A stretch of DNA of 64,000 nt from a phage. The notes beneath the pieces are model-generated. The model was given only the letters and a program-made list of their open reading frames with translations, made no database searches and was not told where the DNA came from. The translations under genes and the position numbers were made by a program. This document shows, in pieces, positions 10,234 to 19,325 of the stretch. The stretch lies in the sequence record PZ496581.1. The stretch is one strand, 5' to 3'. Positions within the stretch are counted from its first letter, which is position 1; each line of letters opens with the position of its first letter.

Positions 10234-10455
10234 TCATCGTTTCCACCATTTCTTAACTTGAAATGAATCGACCCACACGAGTTGTTTTGGGTCTGCCTTT
10301 ACAATAGGCGGACAAATTTCTGTAATAGAACCGTCGTGATATTCCTTTTCAGAAATTTTAACACAAAGAGGACCTCCCAATTTAAGGGTGAACCCTGCGT
10401 TCAGCTTCAGACGTTTAAACTTTGTTTGAACTAGCGCCATTAATGATGTCCTCAA
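10234..10455 (-). CDS. hypothetical protein
   Basis: 73-aa ORF in tight minus-strand array. Confidence 0.4.
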   Translation of the reverse strand: MRTSLMALVQTKFKRLKLNAGFTLKLGGPLCVKISEKEYHDGSITEICPPIVKADPKQLVWVDSFQVKKWWKR

Positions 10456-10738
10456 TAGCCTGACGAGTAGTAACCCACTGGATTTTAATTAACTTGTCAT
10501 TATATGGTTGTCGTAGAATATCCCGAGATTTCTTAATAGCATATTCGTAAGCTTCGAAGTTGTTTTGAATTGCTGCTTCTTGAGCATGAGCATAAAGACG
10601 GTTTAGTTCAAAACGATTCTTTTTAAGAATCTTTTCGGATTTTTTACGTGCTTCAGCTTCATTTTTCTTTTGGATTTCTTGTAGCATTTTAGCTACTGCA
10701 TCTTCTGCTTCTTTATTTTCAATAATCTCGGTAGTCAT
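10415..10738 (-). CDS. hypothetical protein
   Basis: 107-aa ORF, charged helical composition. Confidence 0.5.
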   Translation of the reverse strand: MTTEIIENKEAEDAVAKMLQEIQKKNEAEARKKSEKILKKNRFELNRLYAHAQEAAIQNNFEAYEYAIKKSRDILRQPYNDKLIKIQWVTTRQAIEDIINGASSNKV

Positions 10739-10739
10739 A

Positions 10740-10955
10740 TTATCTCATTAAATTAAAATAAAAACGTCCATCCTCTTCAATACAGAACTCGTACTCAACC
10801 GGAGTCCCATTTATCGAAAATGACACGTCATGTGGGTTCAAAGGGTCGATGTCAAAATTAATTTTAAATTCTCGACCCAACAGTTTTACCAAATAAGGGA
10901 TTGCTTCGTCAAAAGGTTCTTCTAAGTAGTTAGAGATGTCAATTGTCATCCTCAT
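10740..10955 (-). CDS. hypothetical protein
   Basis: ORF 10740-11033; upstream part overlaps gene 55, so an internal Met near 10949-10955 is the likelier start. Confidence 0.45.
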   Translation of the reverse strand: MRMTIDISNYLEEPFDEAIPYLVKLLGREFKINFDIDPLNPHDVSFSINGTPVEYEFCIEEDGRFYFNLMR

Positions 10956-11514
10956 ATAAAAAATCCAAACTAGGCGAATCGCTAACAACTTCCTTCTTTT
11001 CAGCCCCAGGAGCTTTATAAGCGGATTCTTCATAATGCGTCATTTTATCGTAGATGTCTTGAATAAACGTTTCATCTACCAACGCTACCATATCATCGTC
11101 ATGACTGTCGTAGACATTATGAACGAAGTAACTATATTTCTTTGCAACTTCCTTACGTTCTTTTTTGATACGTTGGACAAAAGCATTAAAACAAGCTCGA
11201 GTTATGTATGCATGTGGGTTATTGTACTTAGTTTCGTCGAAATTATGAAGTCCCTTAATAGAGGCTTCAATCCCATCTGCAATCATCTCCTGTTTCCAAG
11301 ACTGGGTATATCCTGAAAAGTTGAAACGTTTGGACAGGCCTTCGGCGATAAGCATAATTGCTAAACCGATGGTATCATTCTGACGAATAATTTTGTTTGG
11401 GTCTTTATTATTTAAGAGCTCCTTTTTCCACTCGATTATAGCGGCGAGAAGCTCTTTATTATTCACATAGTTATTTTTAGGTTTTTGTTCAGTCATAAGT
11501 ACCTCTTGGCTCAA
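10939..11514 (-). CDS. 55: late-transcription sigma factor gp55
   Basis: 191 aa, ...[26 protein letters not shown]...[26 protein letters not shown] matches T4 gp55. Confidence 0.95.
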   Translation of the reverse strand: MSQEVLMTEQKPKNNYVNNKELLAAIIEWKKELLNNKDPNKIIRQNDTIGLAIMLIAEGLSKRFNFSGYTQSWKQEMIADGIEASIKGLHNFDETKYNNPHAYITRACFNAFVQRIKKERKEVAKKYSYFVHNVYDSHDDDMVALVDETFIQDIYDKMTHYEESAYKAPGAEKKEVVSDSPSLDFLYEDDN

Positions 11515-11568
11515 TTCATAGGTCTATTATATCATAATATTTAGAGACCTATCTTAAAGCACGAGATA

Positions 11569-11838
11569 CTATCGGAGCAAACAATAAGCCTGAAACACTT
11601 TTTCCATTAAACGTTTGAACTCATGGATATCGATATAAAGCTCAGTAAGACCGGCATTATAAAGAAAATCTAAAAAGTTCTCATGTGTTTCGTTATAGTC
11701 GCCTTCGTTTAATTGAGATACATGAGTTTCCCAAAAACCAACACCTTTAACGAATGGAAAATACGTGACTTTCATGTATTCGTCAACATAAAATTCGCCC
11801 AGCTTTTCTTCAGTTATACTGATTCGAGTTAATTTCAT
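11569..11838 (-). CDS. hypothetical protein
   Basis: 89-aa ORF. Confidence 0.5.
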   Translation of the reverse strand: MKLTRISITEEKLGEFYVDEYMKVTYFPFVKGVGFWETHVSQLNEGDYNETHENFLDFLYNAGLTELYIDIHEFKRLMEKVFQAYCLLR

Positions 11839-12062
11839 TCTAGTTCCTTTGCTGCTTCAAGAGCAGCATCCAGCGAATCAAATTGGTCAACGAAATCAAT
11901 ATTCAACGCATCGTCAACCGTAGCATATAACCACCATTGTTTGAATTCGTATTCTAGAATAAATCCAGGACCTTCAATCTGAGGAAGACCTAGACTATTT
12001 GTACCAACTTCGTAACCAGCTAGACGCAGGTCATTAATCAAAGTTTCTGTTAATACGCTCAT
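11835..12062 (-). CDS. hypothetical protein
   Basis: 75-aa acidic ORF; 4-nt overlap with neighbour. Confidence 0.5.
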   Translation of the reverse strand: MSVLTETLINDLRLAGYEVGTNSLGLPQIEGPGFILEYEFKQWWLYATVDDALNIDFVDQFDSLDAALEAAKELE

Positions 12063-12391
12063 TTTACCGCCTTAACAATTTTCAGGTCAACGAATTTTTT
12101 CTTACGTTGATTTTTCATACGACGGATAGTCTTTTCAGAGATTTCATGTTTCTGATAAGCTTTAGATTCAACACCAAATGCAGCAACGTCAAATTCAGAA
12201 AGAATATATTGTACTAGAATTTCACGAATAGAATTACGTCCAATTTTCTGGTCGTGTTTTTGCATGATTTCATAAAGACGGAATTCCCACGCGTCAAGAA
12301 CTTGAGGAGTAACAATATTGCCGGATTCCAGAAGAGCAACAACTTTATCGAAAGCGAAAGAATTAACTACGTTTTTGATTTTAGTAGACAT
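12059..12391 (-). CDS. hypothetical protein
   Basis: ORF 12059-12439; internal ATG at 12391 has SD GAGGAAAA and sits downstream of a promoter-hairpin element. Confidence 0.5.
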   Translation of the reverse strand: MSTKIKNVVNSFAFDKVVALLESGNIVTPQVLDAWEFRLYEIMQKHDQKIGRNSIREILVQYILSEFDVAAFGVESKAYQKHEISEKTIRRMKNQRKKKFVDLKIVKAVK

Positions 12392-12414
12392 ATTATTTTC
12401 CTCGGTTATTTTAT

Positions 12415-12457
12415 TATCCAACGAGAGAATTATACTCATCTCTCAAGAGTTTGTATA
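12415..12457 (-). promoter_or_regulatory. early-promoter/stem-loop cassette (PeSL-like)
   Basis: TATAAT flanked by inverted repeat GAGAGA/TCTCTC on the minus strand. Confidence 0.4.
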
Positions 12458-12697
12458 CTATTTTTTAAGCATGAAAAGTAAGTAATTTGTATCACGTGGA
12501 GTAATATCAACACCCATATCAAAGATGCCTTTATAGATTGGGTATTTGTTTTCGGTTGTATCGAAGCTGAAACTATTTCCATCACAACTAACAGTAATAG
12601 CATCTGTTAAAATGTCATACTCAATCCTAACAATTGAATCCCCAATTTTAACGTCGAGGTGTTTTTTGAATTTGATAAAATCTAATTCTTGGGCCAC
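12458..12697 (-). CDS. hypothetical protein
   Basis: 79-aa ORF, GTG start with GAGGA SD. Confidence 0.5.
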   Translation of the reverse strand: MAQELDFIKFKKHLDVKIGDSIVRIEYDILTDAITVSCDGNSFSFDTTENKYPIYKGIFDMGVDITPRDTNYLLFMLKK

Positions 12698-12710
12698 GAT
12701 ATTTTCCTCA

Positions 12711-12760
12711 TTTTAAGACGATAGGAAGATAATAACATGTCTTCCTATCGTTGTACATTA
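12711..12760 (-). promoter_or_regulatory. early-promoter/stem-loop cassette (PeSL-like)
   Basis: 10-bp inverted repeat GATAGGAAGA/TCTTCCTATC bracketing a TATTAT -10 on the minus strand. Confidence 0.4.
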
Positions 12761-12961
12761 TTAACCGAACTTTTTAGCGCCTTTCCAGCCTTCGTACATA
12801 ACTGCACAAGTCAGTAGTACAGCGTGCTGGCATTCTTTGTATTTGTAAATCCAGAACCAGCGTAAGAAGTCTTCGTCCTCAACACCGTTGAGTTTCATGT
12901 TGGCGAAGAATTCAGCTCGTTCTTCGCGAAGTTTTTGAGATAACATAGATTCAGGATTCAT
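12761..12961 (-). CDS. hypothetical protein
   Basis: 66-aa ORF. Confidence 0.45.
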   Translation of the reverse strand: MNPESMLSQKLREERAEFFANMKLNGVEDEDFLRWFWIYKYKECQHAVLLTCAVMYEGWKGAKKFG

Positions 12962-13185
12962 TTTATATTCCAGACCCCATTTTCATCGATGAACTTAATC
13001 CAGTCATTTACAGACCATTTAGTTGTATCACCCTTTGGATTAACATTTAAAGTATATAATCCCTGCTTAAAAAGCATTCGTTTGATATTCATAATTTCCT
13101 CAACTGTAACGATAACATTCGTTAGCTTTACGTTTGGCTTCAGTATGAGAAGTATTATAATCATAATCTTCTTTACTGTAAACAT
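12958..13185 (-). CDS. hypothetical protein
   Basis: 75-aa ORF with N-terminal hydrophobic segment. Confidence 0.45.
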   Translation of the reverse strand: MFTVKKIMIIILLILKPNVKLTNVIVTVEEIMNIKRMLFKQGLYTLNVNPKGDTTKWSVNDWIKFIDENGVWNIK

Positions 13186-13393
13186 CTTTTTTCAACTTAC
13201 GAACTTCTTTGCGGAGTTGTCGATTCATTTCATTCTTGACTTCAGAATCAACGCCTTTCATACGTTTCCATTTATCTGAGCGGAAAATGTTTTCAACCAT
13301 GTCTTTGTGGCTAACACCGTCAGGAGCTTTACGTTTACCAAAATAGTCATAATCGCGAACTTTCAAATCTTTACGACGATACGTTTTACCCAT
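13100..13393 (-). CDS. hypothetical Lys/Arg-rich basic protein
   Basis: ORF 13100-13420; ATG at 13393 has GAGG SD; MGKTYRRKDLKVRDYDYFGKRK... Confidence 0.45.
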   Translation of the reverse strand: MGKTYRRKDLKVRDYDYFGKRKAPDGVSHKDMVENIFRSDKWKRMKGVDSEVKNEMNRQLRKEVRKLKKDVYSKEDYDYNTSHTEAKRKANECYRYS

Positions 13394-13444
13394 AAGTACC
13401 TCAGAGGTTGATTGATACAACGCGTTTGATAAAATTCACTTCAC

Positions 13445-13771
13445 TTACTGAAAGGTCTCTTTAAGACCGATTGATTCTAAACGCTGAATAAAAGTCAACA
13501 TTGGGATATAGTCCCAATGTGTTTTAGACGTTTGATAAGTACGGACGCCATTAGCAATTTCAACGTTCAAATCGGAAATGGTAATGAATATCGGACGTTC
13601 GTTATTTACATTAAGAGATAGAACAACTTTCTTCGAATTCAGACTAATCATTTTATTTTCCTCTATAGTAGATGGTTTAATCTTAACACGTCTATTGAGG
13701 ATGTAAACTGTTTTATGAAAATATTTTCGATTTGAGAGGGGCACAAGGAGATAGTGAAGTGAAGATTCCAA
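13445..13771 (-). CDS. hypothetical protein
   Basis: 108-aa ORF. Confidence 0.5.
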   Translation of the reverse strand: MESSLHYLLVPLSNRKYFHKTVYILNRRVKIKPSTIEENKMISLNSKKVVLSLNVNNERPIFITISDLNVEIANGVRTYQTSKTHWDYIPMLTFIQRLESIGLKETFQ

Positions 13772-13816
13772 TGGATTATATTAGAAATGGGATAAAGAAG
13801 ACCAGGCGGCACCTGG

Positions 13817-14125
13817 TCAATCTTCTATGATATCAGAGTCATATCCTAATGAAATCAAGGACTTTTTAAACTCTGCAATATTCTTTTGTTTCTTATCATT
13901 TAAAAATATGACAGGATAACGAATATTAAGTGAAGTGAATCCTGCACGTTTAGCAAGAGATACGATTAAAGGACGGTCATATTCAATCTTACCATTATTA
14001 GTGAGGACTTTATAAAATGTATAAGGAGCATTGAGCTCCTTTAAAAGTTTTGTAACAGTATAACATCCTGGACAACGTCCTACTTCTTCAGGGATGCCAT
14101 AAATTTCAATCTTGTTGTGTTCCAC
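13817..14125 (-). CDS. nrdH: glutaredoxin-like redoxin NrdH
   Basis: 102 aa with CPGC redox motif near N-terminus; GTG start with AAGGA SD; adjacent to nrdG/nrdD. Confidence 0.75.
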   Translation of the reverse strand: MEHNKIEIYGIPEEVGRCPGCYTVTKLLKELNAPYTFYKVLTNNGKIEYDRPLIVSLAKRAGFTSLNIRYPVIFLNDKKQKNIAEFKKSLISLGYDSDIIED

Positions 14126-14129
14126 AATT

Positions 14130-14338
14130 ATTCCTTGCCAAGAACAGAATTCAGTTTATTAGTAATTTTGTCCAAACGTTCATTGAATTCGCTGGAGGAT
14201 AAACCCTTTTCCGGAGAAATTAAACTAATCACGAAAAATACAACAGTAAAAGGAATAAGAAAATAGCTCCAACTGCCATAAACAAAAAGAATGTTACAGT
14301 TGTAAGAAAATCAGCTAAACCTTTACGAAATTTATACA
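14130..14338 (-). CDS. small membrane protein, apparent frameshift in a T5 run
   Basis: ATG at 14338: MYKFRKGLADFLTTVTFFLFMAVGAIFLFLLLLYF then stop; continues in another frame as ISLISPEKGLSSSEFNERLDKITNKLNSVLGKE. Confidence 0.3.
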
Positions 14339-14449
14339 TATTTACCCTTAATTAACTAAGCATTGATAAGCACTAAACTATATTGGGAATAAAATTCTGG
14401 ACCAAAATGAAAAATCATATCATTTATAGTATCCATAATATAATTCAAT

Positions 14450-14920
14450 TTAATCATGTTTCCACACCCCATCGGTATTTGTCCAAAGTCGCTGATTATC
14501 TGATCCTCGCCACAGCTTTTTAGTCGGAAGATTTTTCTCATACTTCCCATCAATAATAACATCAACATATTTAAGCATTTCTAGCTGTTTAATATCTTCA
14601 AACTTATATCCTGTCCACAACCAAATGCTTTTATTTGGATAAAGATTTTTTACTGTTTGAGCAATGCAATGAATAACATCTCGATTATCAGGATAGAGAG
14701 GGTCACCTCCGGTTATAGTCAATCCTTCTATATAATCATTATTCAAACATTCAATTAATTGTTCTAGTGTCTCTCCGGTGAATGGAATACCATTTCTAGC
14801 ATTCCATGTTGATTTATTATAACACCCTTCGCATTTATGCAAACAACCTGTAACGAAAAGAACGACCCTGCAACCAGGGCCATTCACAAAATCGCAAGGA
14901 TAAAATCTATCATAATTCAT
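14450..14920 (-). CDS. nrdG: anaerobic ribonucleotide reductase activase NrdG (radical SAM)
   Basis: 156 aa with CLHKCEGC radical-SAM cysteine motif. Confidence 0.93.
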   Translation of the reverse strand: MNYDRFYPCDFVNGPGCRVVLFVTGCLHKCEGCYNKSTWNARNGIPFTGETLEQLIECLNNDYIEGLTITGGDPLYPDNRDVIHCIAQTVKNLYPNKSIWLWTGYKFEDIKQLEMLKYVDVIIDGKYEKNLPTKKLWRGSDNQRLWTNTDGVWKHD

Positions 14921-16734
14921 TGGTGTTTAACCCTATGCATGATTTCTTTATTTTTACCGAGATTAAATCCGCGTTCGTTAGGATTTCCCAAATAACCGCA
15001 TGTTCTTCTTATGGTGTTCATCTTTTTAGGATCAGTTTCTCCACAAACTGAACAAACAAATCCGTTTTCAGTAGGAGTCATTTCATGGGTACTTCCGCAT
15101 GTAAAACATTTATCTACTGGCATATTAACACCAAAATAATCTAAATGTTGTGCAGCATAATCCCATACGGCCTCAAGACCTTTTAAGTTATTTTTCATAT
15201 CAGGAAGTTCAACATAAGAAATGTGACCACCTGTCGCAATGAAATGATATGGCGCTTCATGAGAAATCTTTTCAAACGGAGTAATATTTTCTTCTACTGA
15301 AACATGGAAACTATTAGTGTACCAGCCTTTATCAGTGACATCCTTTACACTTCCATATTTTTCTGTATCAAGTTTACAGAAGCGATAACAAAGGTTTTCA
15401 GCAGGAGTAGAATACAAACTAAAAGCAAACCCAGTTCTTTCAGTCCACTGTTTAAGATGAGCATTCATTTTAGTTAAAATTTCTTGCCCAATATCACGAC
15501 CGACAAGAATATTCAATTCGTGAATACCAATGTATCCTAGGGACACTGAACTTCTACCGTTTTTAAATAACTCAATTATATCGTCATCAGGTTTAAGACG
15601 AACCCCGAATGCACCTTCTTGGTAAAGAATAGGAGCAACAGTCGCTTTAACTCCTTTTAAGGAACTAATTCTACACATCAAAGCTTCAAAACATAAATCC
15701 ATTCGTTCATTGAATAATTCAACAAATTTCTGTTCGTTAAATTGCGTTCCAATATAAGAATCTAACGCGATGCGAGGAAGATTCAATGTTACAACACCAA
15801 GATTATTGCGACCATCAAGAATTTCATTACCGGTTGAATCTTTCCATACACTCAAGAAACTACGGCAACCCATTGGAGAAACAGGAACTGAAGAACCGGT
15901 AATAGCTTTATTATTCTTAACCGAAATAATGTCAGGATACATTCTTTTGCTTGCACATTCTAACGCAAGTTGTTTAATATCATAGTTTGGATCATCTTTA
16001 TAAAGATTAACACCTTCTTCAACAAACATAACAAGCTTAGGGAAAATAGGAGTTATCCCATCACGACCAAGACCTTTAATACGATTTTTCAGAATTGCTT
16101 TCTGAATCATTCGTTCAGTCCAGTCAGTTCCCGTACCAAATGTAATTGTTACAAAAGGAGTTTGTCCGTTTGAACTAAAGAGAGTATTTACTTCATACTC
16201 ATAAGCTTGAAATGCGTCATAGACATCTTTTTCTGTTTTGGATTGAGCATAATTCAACGCATCAGCGATTTGCCATTTTTCTGCATCCTCAATATGTTTT
16301 GCATAGGTGCGTTTAACATAAGGAGAAAGTACTTTATCTACATTCGCAAATGTAGTTCCGCCATACTGGTGTGAAGCAACCTGTGCGGTAATTTGTGCCA
16401 TAATTGCAGTAGCAACGCCAATTGATTTAGGAGTTTCAATCTGTGCATTACCTAGCTTAAATCCATTCTCAAGCATCCCCTTTAAATCGACTAAACAGCA
16501 ATTGGTAAACGGAAGAGCAGGAGAATAATCAATATCATGCATGTGAATGATTCCGCTTTCATGCGCATTCATAATAAAAGACGGGACCATATTTTTGGCA
16601 ATGTGCTTAGACACAATACCAGCCATAAGGTCCCGTTGAGTTGGAAAAACACGAGAATCTTTATTAGCATTCTCGTTCAAAAGATCTTTATTAGTTTTAT
16701 AAATTAATCCTTCAATTTCTTTTTCAATTTTCAT
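14917..16734 (-). CDS. nrdD: anaerobic ribonucleoside-triphosphate reductase NrdD
   Basis: 605-aa uninterrupted ORF; C-terminal glycyl-radical motif RTCGYLG and Zn-ribbon cysteines. Confidence 0.96.
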   Translation of the reverse strand: MKIEKEIEGLIYKTNKDLLNENANKDSRVFPTQRDLMAGIVSKHIAKNMVPSFIMNAHESGIIHMHDIDYSPALPFTNCCLVDLKGMLENGFKLGNAQIETPKSIGVATAIMAQITAQVASHQYGGTTFANVDKVLSPYVKRTYAKHIEDAEKWQIADALNYAQSKTEKDVYDAFQAYEYEVNTLFSSNGQTPFVTITFGTGTDWTERMIQKAILKNRIKGLGRDGITPIFPKLVMFVEEGVNLYKDDPNYDIKQLALECASKRMYPDIISVKNNKAITGSSVPVSPMGCRSFLSVWKDSTGNEILDGRNNLGVVTLNLPRIALDSYIGTQFNEQKFVELFNERMDLCFEALMCRISSLKGVKATVAPILYQEGAFGVRLKPDDDIIELFKNGRSSVSLGYIGIHELNILVGRDIGQEILTKMNAHLKQWTERTGFAFSLYSTPAENLCYRFCKLDTEKYGSVKDVTDKGWYTNSFHVSVEENITPFEKISHEAPYHFIATGGHISYVELPDMKNNLKGLEAVWDYAAQHLDYFGVNMPVDKCFTCGSTHEMTPTENGFVCSVCGETDPKKMNTIRRTCGYLGNPNERGFNLGKNKEIMHRVKHQ

Positions 16735-17204
16735 TTTAAACTCTTTCTAAGTTGCTTCTTAAATGAAGCTATTAACTGTGTTTTGGTGTCAGATTCATTA
16801 TATTCAAATCCTCTTTGAAGCATCTCAGCCATCATTTCCTCTTTACCTAGTCTTGAGAACTCTTTAGTTTTGTCTGGAACAAAATTAGGATGGATATTAT
16901 TATCAGAATAATCTTGTTTCAAATAAGCAAGAAGAGCTTCAAGCCATTCGAGGTAGTCGACATCACGTCCTTTAAGACCGGAACGGTTGAACTTATGCTT
17001 CATTTGACCTTCTGCTGCGTTGCACAGATTACAGAGTAATCCACGAACTCTACCGGCTTTTGGCCCGTTTAATTCGTGGTCGTGGTCAAGATGGTTACCT
17101 TGAACATCAGGGTCTAATTCACGGTGGCAAATAGGACACTTACCGTTCTGTGCATCATAAAATTTTTGTTTTTCTTCTTTATATTTTGCGCCTGATAATA
17201 ACAT
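16731..17204 (-). CDS. 49: endonuclease VII (Holliday junction resolvase gp49)
   Basis: 157 aa, CPICHRELD...HLDHDH... matches T4 endonuclease VII. Confidence 0.93.
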   Translation of the reverse strand: MLLSGAKYKEEKQKFYDAQNGKCPICHRELDPDVQGNHLDHDHELNGPKAGRVRGLLCNLCNAAEGQMKHKFNRSGLKGRDVDYLEWLEALLAYLKQDYSDNNIHPNFVPDKTKEFSRLGKEEMMAEMLQRGFEYNESDTKTQLIASFKKQLRKSLK

Positions 17205-17239
17205 GATAAACCCTTACCTTAAATAGATAAGGGTATTTA

Positions 17240-17665
17240 TTAACTTAAACGTCTTTCTAAATATTCAATGTATTCTGCGGCTGCTTGCATCAGGTTACCT
17301 TCATAGCCGTCGTTATTTTCTTGTCCGGCTAATTTAGCTAATGCATAAGAAATTCGTTCACCTTCGAATTCACCAAGTTTACTACCTAGCACATCCGCAA
17401 TATCAGCCGAATCAATTTCTTCGAGTTCATCTATTGAATGTGATTCCCAGAAGCACCAAAGAGAAGTATCACGGTCATAGATGCAAAGTTTCTCACCTGT
17501 GTTCAACATCACTTCGATAATGCCATGGTCGCCATAACCATCTTCGGTCGTAGTACCAATTACCTTGATGATCGTATCTTTCTTTAATTCAGGAAACTTG
17601 ACTTGTAGTTCTTCATCTTCTTTAACAATCTTGAACCACTTACCACGTGTGTCAGAAATATTCAT
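17240..17665 (-). CDS. hypothetical acidic protein (T4 pin position)
   Basis: 141-aa ORF downstream of gene 49; no motif recognised. Confidence 0.5.
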   Translation of the reverse strand: MNISDTRGKWFKIVKEDEELQVKFPELKKDTIIKVIGTTTEDGYGDHGIIEVMLNTGEKLCIYDRDTSLWCFWESHSIDELEEIDSADIADVLGSKLGEFEGERISYALAKLAGQENNDGYEGNLMQAAAEYIEYLERRLS

Positions 17666-17666
17666 A

Positions 17667-17864
17667 TCAATATCCTCTATAAAAGTTGCGATGCGTGCGT
17701 TTCGCTTTGCGAAGCTGACGTTTAGTTGGTCGAACCGTAAATGGTCGTCCGGAGAAAAAATTTGGTTCAGTTTTAATCAACACATACCAATCGTGTTCGC
17801 CACTTTTTAATAAACGGTATAACAATTTAACTTGCATAATAATCTCTTCCCATTTCCAAATCAA
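17667..17864 (-). CDS. hypothetical protein
   Basis: 65-aa basic ORF. Confidence 0.4.
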   Translation of the reverse strand: MIWKWEEIIMQVKLLYRLLKSGEHDWYVLIKTEPNFFSGRPFTVRPTKRQLRKAKRTHRNFYRGY

Positions 17865-17965
17865 TCATATCGTTTACTGTAGGTTCATCATAACACGTTT
17901 CTTCGTCGTTGTAAACTGTTTCGACGTCTGGCTCGACAGTTTCCCATCGAGCCGAATACCATGGT

Positions 17966-18175
17966 TTAACCCCGGAGTTTATTGAGCTCTTCATAATCAA
18001 TCCAGGATTCTAGTCCGGACGGCAAAGCTGATTCAATTTCCCAAAGAAGCTCTTCAATTTTCTGAAGACGATCTAATTCTTCAACAGGAATAGTAACCAT
18101 TGATGGAGCTCTTGCTGCACTAATATCGTAAATCATATTTACCCCAGTTTGACCATGCAATCGCCATATTTCCAT
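17966..18175 (-). CDS. hypothetical protein
   Basis: 69-aa ORF. Confidence 0.45.
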   Translation of the reverse strand: MEIWRLHGQTGVNMIYDISAARAPSMVTIPVEELDRLQKIEELLWEIESALPSGLESWIDYEELNKLRG

Positions 18176-18354
18176 TTAGAAATAGACTTTTCGCCATTAG
18201 AATAATAAACTTCGAGTTTAGCACGATTATTTTTAATTTGAATAACCTTGGCTGTCATCAAAGTTCCATACCCATAGTAAACTGCAACTTCATCACCTAC
18301 ATATACCGCGTTTCCACGGTAGTCATGGATATAATCAGTTCCTTCAAGCATCAT
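18139..18354 (-). CDS. hypothetical protein
   Basis: 71-aa ORF. Confidence 0.45.
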   Translation of the reverse strand: MMLEGTDYIHDYRGNAVYVGDEVAVYYGYGTLMTAKVIQIKNNRAKLEVYYSNGEKSISKWKYGDCMVKLG

Positions 18355-18614
18355 TTAAAATATTCTCGCAGTTGATCAAATCCACCAATGTGACTTCCGT
18401 CAGGAGCAAACACTTGAGGCATAGTCAATCCGACTTGTGATTCACGTCCAAGCTTAACCAGAAGCTCAGCAATTTTCTCATCATCAAAAACACCTTTTTC
18501 TGGCATAACATTAATGAATTCGAATGGCTGTTTCTTAACAGTCAGCAATCGTTTCGCGTTATCACAGAAAACGCAACGGTGAATAGTAGAGTCATACCCG
18601 TACACTTTAAACAT
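18351..18614 (-). CDS. nrdC: thioredoxin/glutaredoxin NrdC
   Basis: MFKVYGYDSTIHRCVFCDNAKRLL...GGFDQLREYFK, CxxC motif, matches T4 NrdC. Confidence 0.93.
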   Translation of the reverse strand: MFKVYGYDSTIHRCVFCDNAKRLLTVKKQPFEFINVMPEKGVFDDEKIAELLVKLGRESQVGLTMPQVFAPDGSHIGGFDQLREYFK

Positions 18615-19020
18615 TATTTTTCCTTTCATCGATTAAATATGCAACACCAAATACAATACATGTAATAAAACCTGTGATACAGATAGAAACCAACAACACT
18701 GTACCAAAGAACCAAATCAGGTTATCTTTAGTAGTTTGTTTGATATCCATCTCACGAATTTCTATAGCTATCGTATCACCTTTATTCAGAAGCGTATAAA
18801 ACGACGGTGATACACGCCTGTCAAAAACTCGTCCTTGCTCATCTTTATAGACTGCAATAAATTCTAATTTAGAATATTTTCCTGTAGATTGACCTGAAAT
18901 TAATTCCACTACCTCCACAGGAATTACTTTAGTTTCCATGTAAGTATTCTGGCTGTTCCAAATGAATGGAATGATGGCAAAAACTAAAGCTGCAATAAAA
19001 CAACGAAGGCTATATCTCAT
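18607..19020 (-). CDS. hypothetical membrane protein
   Basis: 137 aa with predicted TM segments at both ends. Confidence 0.5.
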   Translation of the reverse strand: MRYSLRCFIAALVFAIIPFIWNSQNTYMETKVIPVEVVELISGQSTGKYSKLEFIAVYKDEQGRVFDRRVSPSFYTLLNKGDTIAIEIREMDIKQTTKDNLIWFFGTVLLVSICITGFITCIVFGVAYLIDERKNNV

Positions 19021-19325
19021 TATAATGTTCTCTCAAATTTGTGGAAGCATTTACGGCATTTCAATTTCAAGTTATCAGTGGTCCAGTTAACCAGTTGGAC
19101 TTGGATAGTTCCACATTCTGGGCATGGATGTTTTGCTGCCGATTTGGCAGCATTTTCACGTCGTTCAACCATTTTCATTATTTCGTTCCATGCTGGAGGA
19201 ACGAACTCTTCTTCACTATGAATTTTATCTCGCTGAACAAATTCAATCTTTGAACTATCATCAATAAACTTAACTAAGCCATGATTAGTGTTCATATCAA
19301 TATCCTCTAAAAGACGTAGTTTCAT
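19020..19325 (-). CDS. hypothetical zinc-ribbon protein
   Basis: 101 aa with CPECG...CRKC cysteine pairs. Confidence 0.5.
   Translation of the reverse strand: MKLRLLEDIDMNTNHGLVKFIDDSSKIEFVQRDKIHSEEEFVPPAWNEIMKMVERRENAAKSAAKHPCPECGTIQVQLVNWTTDNLKLKCRKCFHKFERTL

Noticed and set aside
14356-14568. 70-aa minus-strand ORF overlapping the 3' end of nrdG
   Set aside because: Alternative frame overlapping the nrdG C-terminus; no independent start context.
14917-16734. Possible group I intron in nrdD, as in T4
   Set aside because: The 605-aa NrdD reading frame is continuous from start to glycyl-radical C-terminus; no insertion or frame interruption.
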